Assembly: GCA_964016885.1 (NCBI GenBank)
Contig: OZ024740.1
Coordinates: 427,366,001-427,430,000, forward strand
From: Eledone cirrhosa
Taxonomy: Eukaryota
Reading direction: 5' to 3'
Length of the DNA stretch: 64,000 nucleotides
Part shown: positions 1 to 13,416 of the stretch, piece by piece
How positions within the stretch are numbered: the first letter of the stretch is position 1
How the letters are laid out: each line of letters starts with the position of its first letter
Translations under genes and position numbers: made by a program
Notes under the pieces: generated by a model
What the model saw: the letters and a program-made list of their open reading frames with translations, nothing else
The model's database searches: none
Told to the model about the DNA's origin: nothing

Positions 1-344
1 AGCTAAATAGCCAGCTAGCTAGGTATACGGCATGACAGAGAGAGAATGGTGACCAGATTTTTAGCCAGACAACCCCCTTATAGTGATTTTAGCAGATACA
101 GAAGTGACGGCACCCGTATCTCCCCGCCCCCAGCTTAATGAAACGACCCCCCCCCCCAACAGACATCCAGATTTCCTCATTTGAAGATTATCTTATTATT
201 TTACTCTACTTTATTCCAGCTTCGTTAATCCTGTTTGGTAGAGATTTACCACAAGAGAAATAAGGTCTGTAGACTTAGCGTGTTTAATAAATCTTGTATT
301 AAGGACGTGTTCCAACGGAGAGAAGTAGAATCAGCTGCTCAAGA

Positions 345-403
345 TACTACTACAACTACTACTGCTGCTACTACTACTGCTGCTACTACTACTACTGCTA
401 CTG

Positions 404-444
<41 letters not shown>

Positions 445-523
445 GCTGCTTCTGCTGCTACTACTACTACTACTACTACTGCTGCTTCTACTACTACTGC
501 TGCTACTACTACTACTGCTACTG

Positions 524-555
<32 letters not shown>

Positions 556-628
556 GCTGCTTCTGCTGCTACTACTACTACTACTACTACTGCTGCTTCT
601 ACTACTACTGCTGCTACTACTACTACTG

Positions 629-663
<35 letters not shown>

Positions 664-932
664 GTTACTGTTGCTGCTGCTGCTATTACTACTATTACTA
701 CTACTACTACTGCTGCTATTACTACTACTACTGCTGCTACTACTACTACTGCTACTGCTGCTACTACTACTACTACTACTACTGCTGTTACTGCTGCTGC
801 TGCTGCTATTACTACTATTACTACTACTACTGCTGCTGCTGCTGATGCTGATAATACTACTACTACTACTACTACTACTGCTGCTGATGATGATACTACT
901 ACTACCACTACTACTAATACTGCTGATGATGC

Positions 933-990
<58 letters not shown>

Positions 991-1066
991 GCTGCTGCTG
1001 ATGATACTACTACTACTACTGCTACTACTACTACTACTACTAATACTGCTGATGATGCTACTACTA

Positions 1067-1109
<43 letters not shown>
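345..1109. repeat. Compound (ACT)n/(GCT)n trinucleotide microsatellite
   Basis: Direct reading; explains the poly-T/A, poly-L and poly-V ORFs. Confidence 0.95.
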
Positions 1110-1182
1110 GACAGCAACAAAAACTAGAACTAAACCAGCTACAACTACACCACCACCAACTGCAGCTGCAGCAATATTTTGA

Positions 1183-1587
1183 GTGGTGGTGGTGGTGGTG
1201 TTAGTGGTGGTGGTGGTGGTCGTCGTCGTGGTAGTGGTGGTAGTGTTGTTGGTGGTGTTGGTGGTGGTGGTGGTTGGTGGTGGTGGTGGTGTTGGTGGTG
1301 TTGTTGTTGGTGGTGGTGGTGGTGTTGGTGTTGGTGATGGTGTTGGTGGTGGTGGTGGTGGTCGTCGTGGTGTTGGTGGTGGTCGTGGTGTTGGTGGTGG
1401 TGTGGTGGTGGTGGTGGTGTGGTGGTGGTAGTGGTGTGGAGGTGGTGGTGGTGTGGTGGTGGTGGTGGTGATGGTGGTGGTGGTGGTGGTGGTGGTGGTG
1501 GTGGTGGTGGTGGTGGTGTTGGTGGTGGTGGTGGTGATGATGGTGGTGGTGTTCGTGGTAGTGATTATAGTGTTGGTGGTGGTGATG
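1183..1587. repeat. (GGT)n/(GTT)n microsatellite
   Basis: Direct reading. Confidence 0.95.
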
Positions 1588-1734
1588 ACAATGAGTTGAT
1601 GACGTTATGGGTGCTTAATTTTATGGACTCCTTTTAAAGACAAAACTAACTGCTTCGACGTTTATTGCTTATGCTGATGGTGAATATATTAACAGACAAT
1701 CAGATACCAAAGATTTCTAATACAATCACACACT

Positions 1735-1905
1735 AATGGATCTCCATCGGTTTCGAGCAGGATCGTTCAAATTATTTAATCAACAGAACATTGTACTCAT
1801 TGAAGTACCGAAAACATCCAAATTTTTGAGTATTCTACAAACATTTTTTGACTTAACGTAATCCCCAGGGAGAATCACGTGACAGGGTAACATGGTTGGT
1901 CCTCT
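1735..1905 (-). mobile_element. Degraded fragment of SINE 3' body
   Basis: Loose reverse-complement similarity to the body of the SINE at 37755-38000 (ccccagggagaatcacgtgaca vs tgtcaggctgaatctccctgag). Confidence 0.35.
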
Positions 1906-2387
1906 AAATTTTAGGGACATTCCATCCGAAAAAAACTTTCAGAAGTTTTCTTCTAACCTATTTTACGCAGTAAAGGAAGACCTGCTCAAACATTCCTCGA
2001 TCCATTCTCAGACTAAGCAAATCTCGGTAGGAAGCAGTTGCCAAGACAAATGGGAAATCGTGAATTGTGGAGAGACATTTATCAGGAATGTTCGACTGTA
2101 GTCACAATAATGATGATGAATTTAATGGTTGCAGATGCAACATATGTTAAGTTGTCTTCACCTTATGTGTTTCAACCATTGATATCTACGTTTTACCTGT
2201 TTAATTTTAAACCCCAGGAGATAACTTAATTACCGTCTTTCTTGCTTTTCTTTTATCCGTTCTTCATTCATTTATTCCTACTTTTCTGTTCGATTCTTAA
2301 GTTGACGATTGAGTCAACATTGTTTAACCTAAGGTAGCAGCCAGTTTCCCAATAACAATACTACTATTTAAAAGTTAGCCTATTCTA

Positions 2388-2531
2388 GTGAAGGCGCATG
2401 GCTTAGTGGTTAGCGCATTGGGCTTGCAATCGAAAGGTTGTGAGTTCAATTCTCAGACCGGTGATGTGTTATTTCCTTGAGCAAGACACTTTATTTCACG
2501 TTGCTCCAGTTTACTCAGCTGTAGAAATGAG
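2388..2531 (+). mobile_element. tRNA-derived SINE (head plus central domain, family B)
   Basis: A box TGGCTTAGTGG, B box GAGTTCAATTC, then ccttgagcaagacactttatttcacgttgctccagt...cagctgtagaaatgag shared with 19945-20286 and 37755-38000. Confidence 0.85.
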
Positions 2532-3049
2532 ATGATAGGACTGGGGTCCCTATCATTAAATCACCCAAGACACCTCCAACGAGATATACCTTGGAGGAGG
2601 CCAGTTAAACATGCATAGGTGTGCACATAGGTGTCACACATGTTCTAGCTAGAGACAGAAAATTTGACAGAATCGTTTCAACGTCTGATAGAGTGCTTTG
2701 CGATATTCATTACCACTCACGGGGGTCAATTTTGCATTTCATCCTTTCGAGGTAAAAAAAAGTACCAGTTGAGTCTTGAGGTCAATTCTTCCTCTATACA
2801 TCTTTCTCACTTCCATTATCCCACTTACTCTCTCTCCTTCTCTGGAAGAAATCTGCTGTGTCCCAGCCTGTAGAGGGGAGGGTTCCAAAGGTTTTTAAAA
2901 TGGACTAGAAGCACCGTATGTTAATACGCCCCCCACGACACCTTTAGGAGATACGGGACCATGCATGTTCTAGCTAATAACAATGATATGAGATATTGAT
3001 GGAACCAATGATTCTCCTTGTCAAACCTACACCTGAATCGATCATAAGC

Positions 3050-3240
3050 CCACCTCTATAAGCTAGAGAAGTATTTCAAAATCGATATTAAGCTCATCAC
3101 TAGAAGCTAGAGAAGTGCTCCAAAATCGATATTAAGGTGAACTCTATGAGATAGAGAAGAATTTCAAAAGCTCACCTCTGTAGGTTAGAGAAGTACTTCT
3201 AAATAAGCTAACCCTATAAACTAGAGAAGTCCTTCAAAAA
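3050..3240. repeat. Degenerate 34-44 bp tandem repeat, 5 units
   Basis: TAGAGAAG core at 3064, 3108, 3152, 3186, 3222. Confidence 0.75.
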
Positions 3241-3907
3241 TCCATAATATTATTCCTGACATTATAGCATAGACTGTTTATTTGTTAGTTTGGTAAGGGT
3301 ACTATGTGTTATATACCTTGCAAACCCTGTGGCATTTAACTCCTCCTCGAAAAGGGAAGTTCGCCTAATAAGATTACAAGTTCTTTCACCAATCACTTTT
3401 TGAAATTCTTGAGATGTCGTAGGGGATGACTAATTGACACGTGCCGCCGAGGCTGTGACATCTCTACAAGTTCTGTTTGGTAAGCAGGTATCGTGGCTTT
3501 TCTTACAACGTTGATTGTGTAAACTGTTTAAGGAAGCTGCAGTTATGGAAGACACAAAGGACAACATTGTTCCTCTTCCATCTTGGAGCCGGGTTCTTGC
3601 CAATTACTATTTAATGGTGGGACTGACGGATCAGATTATTAATAGAATGTTTTTGTAACAAAGAACCACAGTCAAGTATTGTGTTATTATAAATTCTGTC
3701 CCTTCATAAATATCATGGGCATCTCTTTTTTCCTCAAAACTCATCAGTAGGTAATTAAACGAGTCTAATTACGTAATAATTAGATATTTCAAAGTTTAAG
3801 TACCGAAAACGGTTTTTACATACTCAATGGCGTTGGTTTCATTAAAACGTATCTACAGAGAGAGTGAGAGAGAGTCTCTTCTGTTAAAAAGGCATATAAT
3901 ACATTTA

Positions 3908-3984
3908 TTTCTTCTTCTTCTTCTTCTTCTTCTTCTTCTTCTTCTTCTTCTTCTTCTTCTTCTTCTTCTTCTTCTTCTTCTTCT
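3908..3984. repeat. (CTT)n microsatellite abutting the LINE tail
   Basis: Direct reading. Confidence 0.95.
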
Positions 3985-3986
3985 AA

Positions 3987-4017
<31 letters not shown>

Positions 4018-4270
4018 AATGATTTCGTTATTAACCACAAGGGTTTACATAAAGTAGACATTAAGGACAGTGCAGGACAATACAGGACGGTACAAATGGG
4101 CATTTCTGCGTGTAAAAAACAAAAACAGAGGATGTAACAAAAAATAACAATGAAAAATTCCCCAATAGGGGGGAGACTTCGGAGGGACATTTGTGGAGAA
4201 AGCCCAGTAAAAGGCCACAATGACCCTGACCACCAAGGCAAGTGCCCTCTCCCAATTTTCCACCTTTAAT

Positions 4271-7200
4271 TTACAGATATATACTCAGAGTAGGCCCATT
4301 CACTCGGGCCATTCTTGCTTCTCTCACCCATCTTTCAACAAAATGCTGGGAAGAGAGGACTTCCCTCTCTACTCTGATTTTCCTTTTCAAATGAAATTTG
4401 AAAAAGTCAATCAGAGCATCACCGAAGAGGTAAGTGCTCGTCTTCAGCCCTTTCAAACGTGTCCACCATACTATCTCTTTCGCCATGGCCACCAGACAGA
4501 TAAAAACTGCCTGCCCTTCCCGGCTAAAGGAGGAGGGCGGGGCAATCCTCACGATGGACTAAGATGATAGCCGGATCCGTCCTAAACGCGACAGCAGGTG
4601 TTCGACATAAACCCACAAGTCAGCAATTTTCGGACACTGGACGCGTGCGTGCAGGATGGTTTCGTCGCCCTCCGCGCATCTCGGACATGCCCGGCTTACG
4701 GCACCTCCATGCCTGTAGAGTTTATCCCGAACTGGCAAGGCTCCTCGGTAGCACTGCCAGGCCAGAGATTTCTGGAAGTTGTCCATAGGCCCCGGCCCGA
4801 AAGTTCTTCCGAAGAGATTGGCTAGTTGATTTTCGTCGACGCCTAGCGTTTCCCCAAGTACGTCGTCGCTCTTCCCCTCCACTAATCCTCTATAGAACGC
4901 TGCGGTGGAGTTTCCACCGATCACATTGCCCGATTGGTCGAGAGCTGTGAGCGCCTGAAGACATTCCAGTCTCCAGGCGCTCCCTCTCGGTCTTCGCTTG
5001 ACCCAGGACTGCAGCTCCGTCAAGGAAACGAGCTGGGGAAATACGTGTCTAGAAAACGGCGACCACACCTGATCACCGTCGAGGAAGAGGTGAAGATGTC
5101 GTAGCCTGAGCGCGTGCATGCGCATCATCAGCCACGGCATGCCCAGCCCTCCACGTAGCGGGTGTTGACAACAGATGGACCGCCTGACCATCGGAGCGCG
5201 TCCCTTCCACAAAAAGCGAAAGAGCAAACGCTCCAGCGCAGTCAGGCGAGGCTTAGGACAAGGTACGACGGTCAGGCGGTAGCAGATCACAGACGCGATG
5301 TACGCGTTAGCCACCTCCGCTCGACCTTTCAGGGATAGCTTCCTCTCCGCCCATTTCTGGGTGAGAGAACCACCCTGCTCGTCACCTCGTCCCAGTTTTT
5401 GTCCGTCTGGAGGTCCGGACGGTACCAGACCCTAGCAATTTAACCGGTCCGTCCGTCCAGCATCCGACGACGCTGTTGGACGGCATGTACCTGCCTCTCC
5501 AGGTGCCGAGCTGCAGGCCCACTGACTTTTCCTGGTTGATCATTGCTCCTGTCACCGCTTCGTATTCTCTTAGTGTAGTGCCGATCGCCTCGATGTGTTT
5601 GGCGTTCGACACCACTACGGTGACATCGTCCGGATATGCTGACACGGATCTTCCGCATTCTAGTTCGCGCGGGACGCCCCTCAACGTCTCCAGTCTGTGC
5701 AGTAATGGCTCGAGAGTCAATACGTACAAGAGGGACGAGAGGGGACATCCTTGGCGGACCGAGCGCATGATGTTGAACGGTTCCGACAGGTGACCGTTCA
5801 CTCTCACCACAGAGCAGATGTCGCTGTGCATGGCAGCGATCCAGCCTCTGAAGACGGGCCCAAAGCCAGCCGCCCTCAGGACTGCCGCTAGGTAACGACG
5901 GTCGACCCTATCGAAAGCTTTCGACTGATCTAAATTGATCAAGGACCCACCCGTGCCAGGTTCCCTAGCTACCCTCTCTACGATGTATCGCATGAGGTGG
6001 AGGTTGTCGTGGATGGATCTGTCGGGAATGGCGCATGTCTGCGCCTCTCCCACCAGACCACCAACGCCAAGCGCCAACCTCTTTGCTAGCACCTTGGCCA
6101 AAATCTTGAACTCTGTGTTTAGCAGAGTTATGGGCCGGAAATTATCTATGTTATCCCCCCTCGTTCGGATCCTTTCTCAGCAGTGCCACCGCTCCTCGGC
6201 TCACAGAACTGGGAATTCTCCCGTTCTGTTGCCAGTTGCAGTAGACGTCCGCCAAGAGGCCTCCGAACAAGTCTGGCATCTGTACGTAAAGTTCATAGGG
6301 CAGACCATCCAAACAAAGGCGATTTACCCCTTGTGCAGCCAGTCATTGCCTCCCTTACTTCAGCGGCTGTTATCGGCTTTTTGCAACACTTCGCCTCAGT
6401 GGCCGAGAGCCGCGGCAGTCCGTCGAGGTAGACACTAAAGTCCATCCCTCGACCCGGCCCACCGCTGCTCCCGAACAGCTGAGCGAAGTGTCGCTGAAAA
6501 GCTTTACACATTTTCCCGGGATCGAGTAGCATGCGCCCGTCCTGGTCCACCAAAGACCGGATCGTGGCTTTGTTGCCACGACGCGCCTCCGCCACTCGGG
6601 CCCATTGAACGGCTTTCGTCCCCTCGTGTCTGAGAGCACGCACCCTTGCTCTGACCACGCAGCCTTCGTGCTTTGCATTGAAGAATTGGTCATGGGCCAA
6701 TTTCGCCGCAAGCACGTCGGTCGCAATGCCTTTGCTAAGCGCCTCGTCTAATTTTCTAACTAGTTCTCCCTCTGCTCTATTTTTCTCTATTGCTAAAGCT
6801 TACTAAACTTAATGGATTCTATTCTAATCGCTCTTTTCAGAGCAAACCACCACTTGTTGTTGACGATGGCCCCCGTCAACGCCCGCTTAACTAGTTCGCT
6901 AATCCGGTCTCTGTAGGCCTTGCGCGCTGCTAAGGACGCGTTTAGCTTCCAGTAGCCGGGTCCTCGTCTATGAAGCCTATCTAAGTCAAGCACACAGATC
7001 ACGAATTTGTGGTCCGTGTAGCTGACTATCTTGAATTGTGGACAGCCTATGCTAGACCTATCTATTTCCCTACAAAATACTCTATCTAGATATGATCTGG
7101 ATGACCCTATGCGATTTGTCCAAGTCCACATTGGCACATTCGGGAAATCCAATCGGTACCTGTCAGACAGTTCAAAACGCCTGAGCAGGTTGGTGAGGCG

Positions 7201-7687
7201 CTTGCACCCTCCACCCCTATCCGCTAATCCCACACAGTCCCAGCGTGCATCTAAGATCCCGTTCCAGTCGCCTACTAACACGAAAGAGCGGGACGTTCCA
7301 AGAAAGGTCGCCAGACGCCGGAAGAAATCAGGCCGCCCTACTCCTGTCGGGGCATAGACGGCCACTAGCCTGAAAGCTTGCCCGTCTCCGCTGGTCACGT
7401 CCAGCACCACCAGCTTACCATCTGGGTCCAGGAAGATGGCCCGTATGGCGAGATCCAAACCTCTCCGAAAAAGCACAGCAACTCCTCCCCCGATCTAGGA
7501 TGGCTGGGAGATGCTTACACATCGTAGCCGCCGAAGGTGGTGCGAAGGCCCGTGCTTCGCAGATTCTGGTCTCGCTGATGGCCACTACATCTATGTTTAG
7601 TGACCTGAGGTCGTTGAGCAGGTGACCCTGCTTCCATGGCGACCCCAAGCCACGCGCATTTATGCTGCCTATTCTGAGTGAGGTCAT
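4271..7687 (-). pseudogene. Tx1 ORF2 (AP endonuclease + reverse transcriptase + C-terminal Zn finger), disrupted
   Basis: SINARGL, SETR, GDWN, SYLDR, TDH (APE); KAFDRV, RQGCPLS, YPDD (degenerate YADD); CPRC...ETILH...C. Confidence 0.93.
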
Positions 7688-7722
7688 GTTTAAAATAGAG
7701 TGGAAAAGATGGGAAAGAGCAC

Positions 7723-9773
7723 TTACCGTACTTTTCGTAGAGGAGGGATAGTTTTTACATCCCTATTCACTTGATCGTCTGGTGAAGGGACCGTTGAATT
7801 GTCCCTTCGGATGATCGTCGGCTCTTCTATGAGTATGTCCGAATATACTCTTCGATTGATAGTTCCTCCTAGGTACCTGAAATCACCAACTGCGTTGGGG
7901 AATTTAGTTTTAATATTTGTGTATTGTTTCTGTGCTATTTTTAGCAGTCTTATGTTAGTTGGCGTTTTGATTGGTGCTGGTATTATGTAGTCGTGTTGTG
8001 AAATGTCTGTGTGTTCAATTATGTAAGTCATTAGTTTCTTGTTGTGTGTATTTATTGCCGTGCATTTGTTTTTCTGGGGGTGGGGTGTGGTTCTGCTATT
8101 TTCTTGTCGTTGTTGCTGGGTGTGTGTTTTGTTATTGTGTTTGCGATGTTGGTGCTTGTGGTGGTGGTGTTGAAGGTGTTGTTGACGGTGGGGTTTTCGC
8201 CGGTGGTGATGGTGGTGCTAGTGTGGGTGGTGATGGTGTTGGTGGTGTTGCTGCTGTGAGTCTCTTTGCAGTAGACTTTACCCTTTTCTCATTTATTTCC
8301 TCCCTTTTCAAAGGCGACGATGCGCTTCTTCTGCGTTTGTGCCTTCTTACGACCTTTTGTAATCCCTCTCCCACCTCACACTCCATGTCTGATTCTGTGA
8401 GGTCGGGGAGGGGTACCAGCTCCACTCTTTCACTTGTTGATGTTGGTGATGTTTACACTGGAGTCTCTGTTGCAGCTGCATTTGGTATTGCTGTTGTTGT
8501 TGTTAATATTTCCACTGCTGCTGCTGTTTTTGATTTCCGTGGCGTGGGTATGGGTGCCACGGACCTATCGTTCCTGGTTGCCGCTTGTCCTCTTGCTGGT
8601 AGCCGTGGAGCCGGTTTCGGAAGGAGGGGGGTTTTCTCCTTTCTCAGGGTCTTCTCGTTGCAGAAGGCCCTGAGGTGAGTGTTCGATCCACAGCGAAAGC
8701 ATTTCGGGCGTTTGCCCTCAACACTTATGGGCAGTTGAGTGCCGTTATCGAAGTCTATCACATCCGGGATAGCTTCGATGCACTCCTGGTTGGTTTGGAT
8801 TAGCATCTCAATGGAGGTGCCGACCCAATCTTCTCTTACTTTTTTCTGTACTTGCAGTACAGTTGTTTTGTCCTCGATTCCGACGGGGGGGGGGGGGCAG
8901 TTTGACCCTCACAATTTATTGCCCGCAGTAGGAGCGCACCAACACCATTTCCTCGCTCCTTAGGGTCACTAAGGATTGAGCCTTGCCCCCTGGGGTGTGG
9001 CAAAAAGCACGTCTACGGTGGCATATTTCTTGCCTCGGGTGATATGCGTTTTCCGCTGCCATACAGACCCTAAGGCTTTTTGTATTTGAGCCTCTGTGGC
9101 TCTTTCAATCCTACGGGATTTTGTGCTTACTGTACGGTACGTTACCGTACAGTGCTGTTGGGTTTCGAAAATTTTTTCGGCTGCCTTGCAGATTGCTCGG
9201 TGTCAGGTTTTCGTTACCATCTTTGCTTCCTGTAATTCCTCATCTGTGATGAGGATGGTTTCCAGGTTCTTTGCGATACCTGCAAACGAGATTGGTTTTT
9301 CTTTGCTGCTGTTGTTGTTGTTGTTGTTGTCGTCAGAGCTGCTGTTACTTTTGTTGTTGCTGAAGGTACTACCGCCGCCGCTGTTGCTGTGGTTGTTGTT
9401 GCTGTTGCTGCTGCTGCTGCTGATGTTGTTGCTGTTGCTGCTAATGCTGTCGTTGTTTATGCTGCTGCTGATGCTGTTGCGGCTGCTACTGTTGTTTTCC
9501 TTGTCACTGTTGCTGCTGCTGCTGCTGTTATTACGGCTGCTACTGCTATTATTCATGACGTCAGACGAATGAAATGGGTTTTCGTATTTACCGCACACCT
9601 TTTTCGCCGTTGTCGTCGTCGTGGAGAAATGTTCCATGTTTTGCACGTGATTTTGGAAACACATTTAGAGAAGGGAGGGTGAGAGACAATCTTCTCTCTG
9701 CTGTAGTGACGATTGAGGAAGAAGTAGACGGAATGAGTGGGAGTGACTTGTGAAAATTCTTTCTTGTAGCCAT
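7723..9773 (-). pseudogene. Tx1 ORF1 (gag-like nucleic-acid-binding protein), disrupted
   Basis: MATRKNFHK start, S/N-rich tract, ISFAGIAK, CCHC knuckle CFRCGSNTHLRAFC, basic KVVRRHKRR; several frameshifts. Confidence 0.85.
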
Positions 9774-10017
9774 GTTTTTTTTGGGTTTCAAATAAATATT
9801 GGGCACAAAACCCCAGTAAGCGGTTATTTAACCCCGAAGGGCCAAATAACGGACAGAAATACCCCTCTCACGAGGAGGAGGATGTTTTTTTCTACAATTT
9901 GGTTAAAGTTTTAAACAATGTACAATTGTTATAGCGGTCAAAATTTACAATACCTTACAGAGCCGAGCCTCCGTCAACCATGGCATTCAATAATAATAAT
10001 AATAATAATAATAATAA

Positions 10018-12727
10018 GCGAGAGGAAACAAAAACAATAAAGATCAGAACCTTGGTGGAAGAAATGACTGAATGGTCAAATTAGGGAAATGAGAAATGAC
10101 ATTGGAAAGCTTGAGTACCTAGTGAATGGGACACTACAAAACATAGACACTAAAAATAGACTGGAAATAAAGTACAAAACTAGGAGGAAAAAGCTAAATA
10201 TTATCATAGCGGAACTGAAGCAACGCATTGTAACAAAGAGCGCAAAGATTAGGCGATACGAGTGCAGAGTCAGTCAGTATAGACAGAACCGCATGTTTGA
10301 CAACAGCCAGAAGATCTTGTTTGGACAGTTTGAAGGGAAAGAAAGAGGCAACGACTTGATCCCTGAGGCGGAACAAACTAAGACATTCTGGAGACGAATA
10401 TGGGAGCAGGATGTTAAACATAATGATCAGGCAGTGCGGATTGAGACAGTACAAAAGGAGATTAGTGAACAGGCACACCAACAAACTGATTTGAGTATCA
10501 CAGTTGAAACTCTTAAGGGGCAGGCCAGAAAACTAACCAACTAGAAATCACCAGGCCCAGATGGTGTGCAGGGGTATTGGATTAAAAATATAACATCCCT
10601 CCACCCGAAACTGACAACCATGTTCAATTTCTGCTTGATGTCAGGTGAGGTACCAGAGTGGTTGAGAAAAGGTACCACAGTTCTGGTAATGAAAGACCGA
10701 ACCAAGGGTAATGATGTTACCAACTATAGACCTATCACATGTCTGTCCGTAATGTGGAAACTGTTGACAAGCATTGTGTCTGAGGAAATCTACCACCACT
10801 TCCACATAAACAACTTGTTAACGGACGAACAGAAAGGATGCCGAAAGAAGTCCCGTGGTACTAAGGACCAGTTACTTATTGAAAGATGGTAAGGAGGAAT
10901 TGCAGGAGGATACACACTGGTCTTGCCATGGGATGGATAGACTACAAAAAGGCATTCGACATGGTACCTCATTCTTGGATAACCACAAGCCTATACATCT
11001 TCAGGGTGGCAGATAACATCAGACAGTTGTTGAGCAAAAGTATGAAGTCCTGGAAAACAGAGTTAACATCGGGCGGAGAATCCTTGGGAGGCGTGAGGAT
11101 CAAGAGAGGTATCTTCCAGGGAGATAGTCTGTCCCCTCTGTTGTTTGTCCTTGCCCTGATCCCCCTGACCATTATACTGCGAAAAGTGAGAGCAGGATAC
11201 AAGTTGGGAAAGGGAGAACTTACCATCAATCACCTCCTCTTCATGGAAGATCTTAAGCTCTTCGGGAAGAGTGAGAGGGATTTGGATGTGCTTGTTGACA
11301 CTGTCCGTATTTTCAGCAATGATATATGTATGCAATTTGGTATTAGTAAGTGTGGAGTCCTTGTGATGAAGCGGGTAAATTGAGCAGAAGTAACGGAATC
11401 CAGGTACCAACAGGTGAGATGCTAAAGGAAATTAATACTGAACAGGGATACAAATATTTAGGTGTTCTGGGGGCTGATAACATCCATAACAAAAAAATGA
11501 AGGAATTGATAAGATCTGAATACATTCGGAGAGTAAGGAGCGTATTAAAATCACATCTGAACAGTAGGAATGCCATAAGTGCAGTAAATTCCCGAGCTGT
11601 GTCTATTATTAGGTACAGTGCGAGAATTCTGAGATGAAATGTTGCTGAACAAAAAGAAATGGATAGGAAGACTAGGAAGCTATTGACTATCTACAACATG
11701 TTCCACAAAAGGAGTGATGTCGATAGACTCTACTTAAGGAGATCTGAAGGTGGAAGGGGTCTTATCAGCATAGAGGACTGTGTTCAGATGGAGAAAAACA
11801 ACCTACACAAATACGTGAATGATAGTAGGGAGCCAATGCTCAGAATTGTACTGAAGCAGAGGACAATAGACCAGGGGATGTCCAAGGAGGAAATAACAAC
11901 AAGGAGAAAGAGCAACCTTCATGAAAAATCCCTTCATATTGCCTTCTTTGAGAAAACTGAATTTAGAGATCCACAGACATGGAACTGGTTGAAAAGAGGA
12001 GACCTTAAAAAGGCTACAGAAGGAATGCTAATGGCTGCGCAAGAGCAGGCCCTCAAAACGAAGTGGCTGAAACAACATATTTACAAGGAGGAGGCTAGCC
12101 CACTTTGTAGGATCTGTGGGGAGAGAGGAGACTGTGGGTCACATTGTATCCGAGTGTAAACACCTAACCCAGATTCACTATAAAGGCAGGAGACATGATG
12201 TGATGGGCAGGGTGATCCACTGGCACCTATGCAAAGTAAACAATTTACCACATTCTGAGAAGTGGTATGAGCATAAGCCAGAGTCGGTGATGGAAAACAA
12301 TCAGTGAAGGTGCTGTGGGATTTTCGGATACAGACGGATAAGAAACTGGAACACAATAGACCTGACCTGGTGGTTTTGGACAAGGGAAAAAGATCGTGCC
12401 TGATTGTGGATGTAGCCTGCCCATTCGACACGAGAGTGCAAGAGAAGGAGAGGGAGAAAATTAACCGATACCAGGTTTTAAAGTGGGAGTTAAAAAGGAT
12501 TTGGAACTGCCATGAGATCAAAGTGGTCCTGATTGTCATAGGCGCACTAGGTACTATCTCAAAGAGTTTCCAAGGATGGTTTAAGAAAATTGGTCCCGCC
12601 CCACTTTTTGGAACACTTCAAAAGGTATGCTTGCTGGGAACAGCAAGAACCCTCCGATACGTCCTGCATATCTGAGGCTTCAGGTAGTGGCTTGATATTC
12701 ATTCCAACAAACTTTCCAGTTAAATAA
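10018..12727 (+). mobile_element. 5'-truncated R4/Dong-clade LINE (RT + CCHC + restriction-like endonuclease), disrupted
   Basis: YRPITCL, DYKKAFD, IFQGDSLSP, LFMEDLK, CRICG..ETVGHIVSEC, RHD, NRPDL..D..EKEREKINRY; preceded by (TAA)n, the known Dong target. Confidence 0.92.
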
Positions 12728-12906
12728 CTGTTTCTGCTTTAGGCACAAGGCCAGCAATTACCCAGTGCATTACTGGTACTTTATTTTATCGACCCCGTAA
12801 GGATGAAAGGCAAAGTCAACCTCGGCGGGATTTGAACTCAGATCGTAAAGGGACGTAACTATGCTGGAAAGCATGGCGTCCGACCCTCTACCGATACTGC
12901 CAGTGA
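12723..12906 (-). mobile_element. tRNA-derived SINE family A interrupting the Dong 3'UTR
   Basis: tggcagtatcgg A box, gagttcaaatccc B box, gcctttcatccttacggggtcgataaaataaagtacc central domain, ggccttgtgcc..agaaacagttatt end. Confidence 0.92.
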
Positions 12907-13374
12907 CCATAAAGAAGAAGAAGAAGAAGAAGAATGATAAAAAGGAAAAAATAATCATTTTTGTTTGTTTATAATTTTACATTGTTTTTCTACACTCTTA
13001 CAGGTTATAAACAAACAAGGAACGCCCCCCCCCCCCCCTCACACACACACACGTATGTTTATACGGCATTTTTCCACATAGTCCCAACATACCAAGTTTT
13101 ACACACAAGGTATTGCACCGAGGTTATAGTAGAAGACAATTTCCCAGGGTGACATGCAGTAGGACTTAACTCGAAACAACGCGAAAGAAGCCCTATTTCT
13201 ATCTATCTTCTTCCCTACTACTCTCTCTCTTCGTTTCTATCTCTATTATCTCTCTCTCCCTCCCTCTCTCTCTCTCTCTATCTCTCTATATCTCTCTCTG
13301 TCTCTCTCTCTATGTATATATATATATATATATATATATAGCTTCTCGCTACAACAATTTCTATACCTTTCATT

Positions 13375-13416
<42 letters not shown>

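Larger units (their letters stand above)
3985..9988 (-). mobile_element. Full-length L1/Tx1-clade LINE, subfamily 1, copy A (frameshifted)
   Basis: 5'UTR matches copy C in layout; ORF1 then ORF2 (APE-RT-Zn finger); 3' end ccttgtggttaataacgaaatc+(ATT)n; (AAT)n on both flanks. Confidence 0.95.

Noticed and set aside
235-1637. Mucin-like, poly-Leu, poly-Val or poly-Gly proteins
   Set aside because: Pure trinucleotide microsatellites open in several frames on both strands
2388-2460. Functional tRNA gene (also SINE A heads)
   Set aside because: A and B boxes are present, but there is no closed acceptor stem and the sequence continues into a SINE body found in many copies
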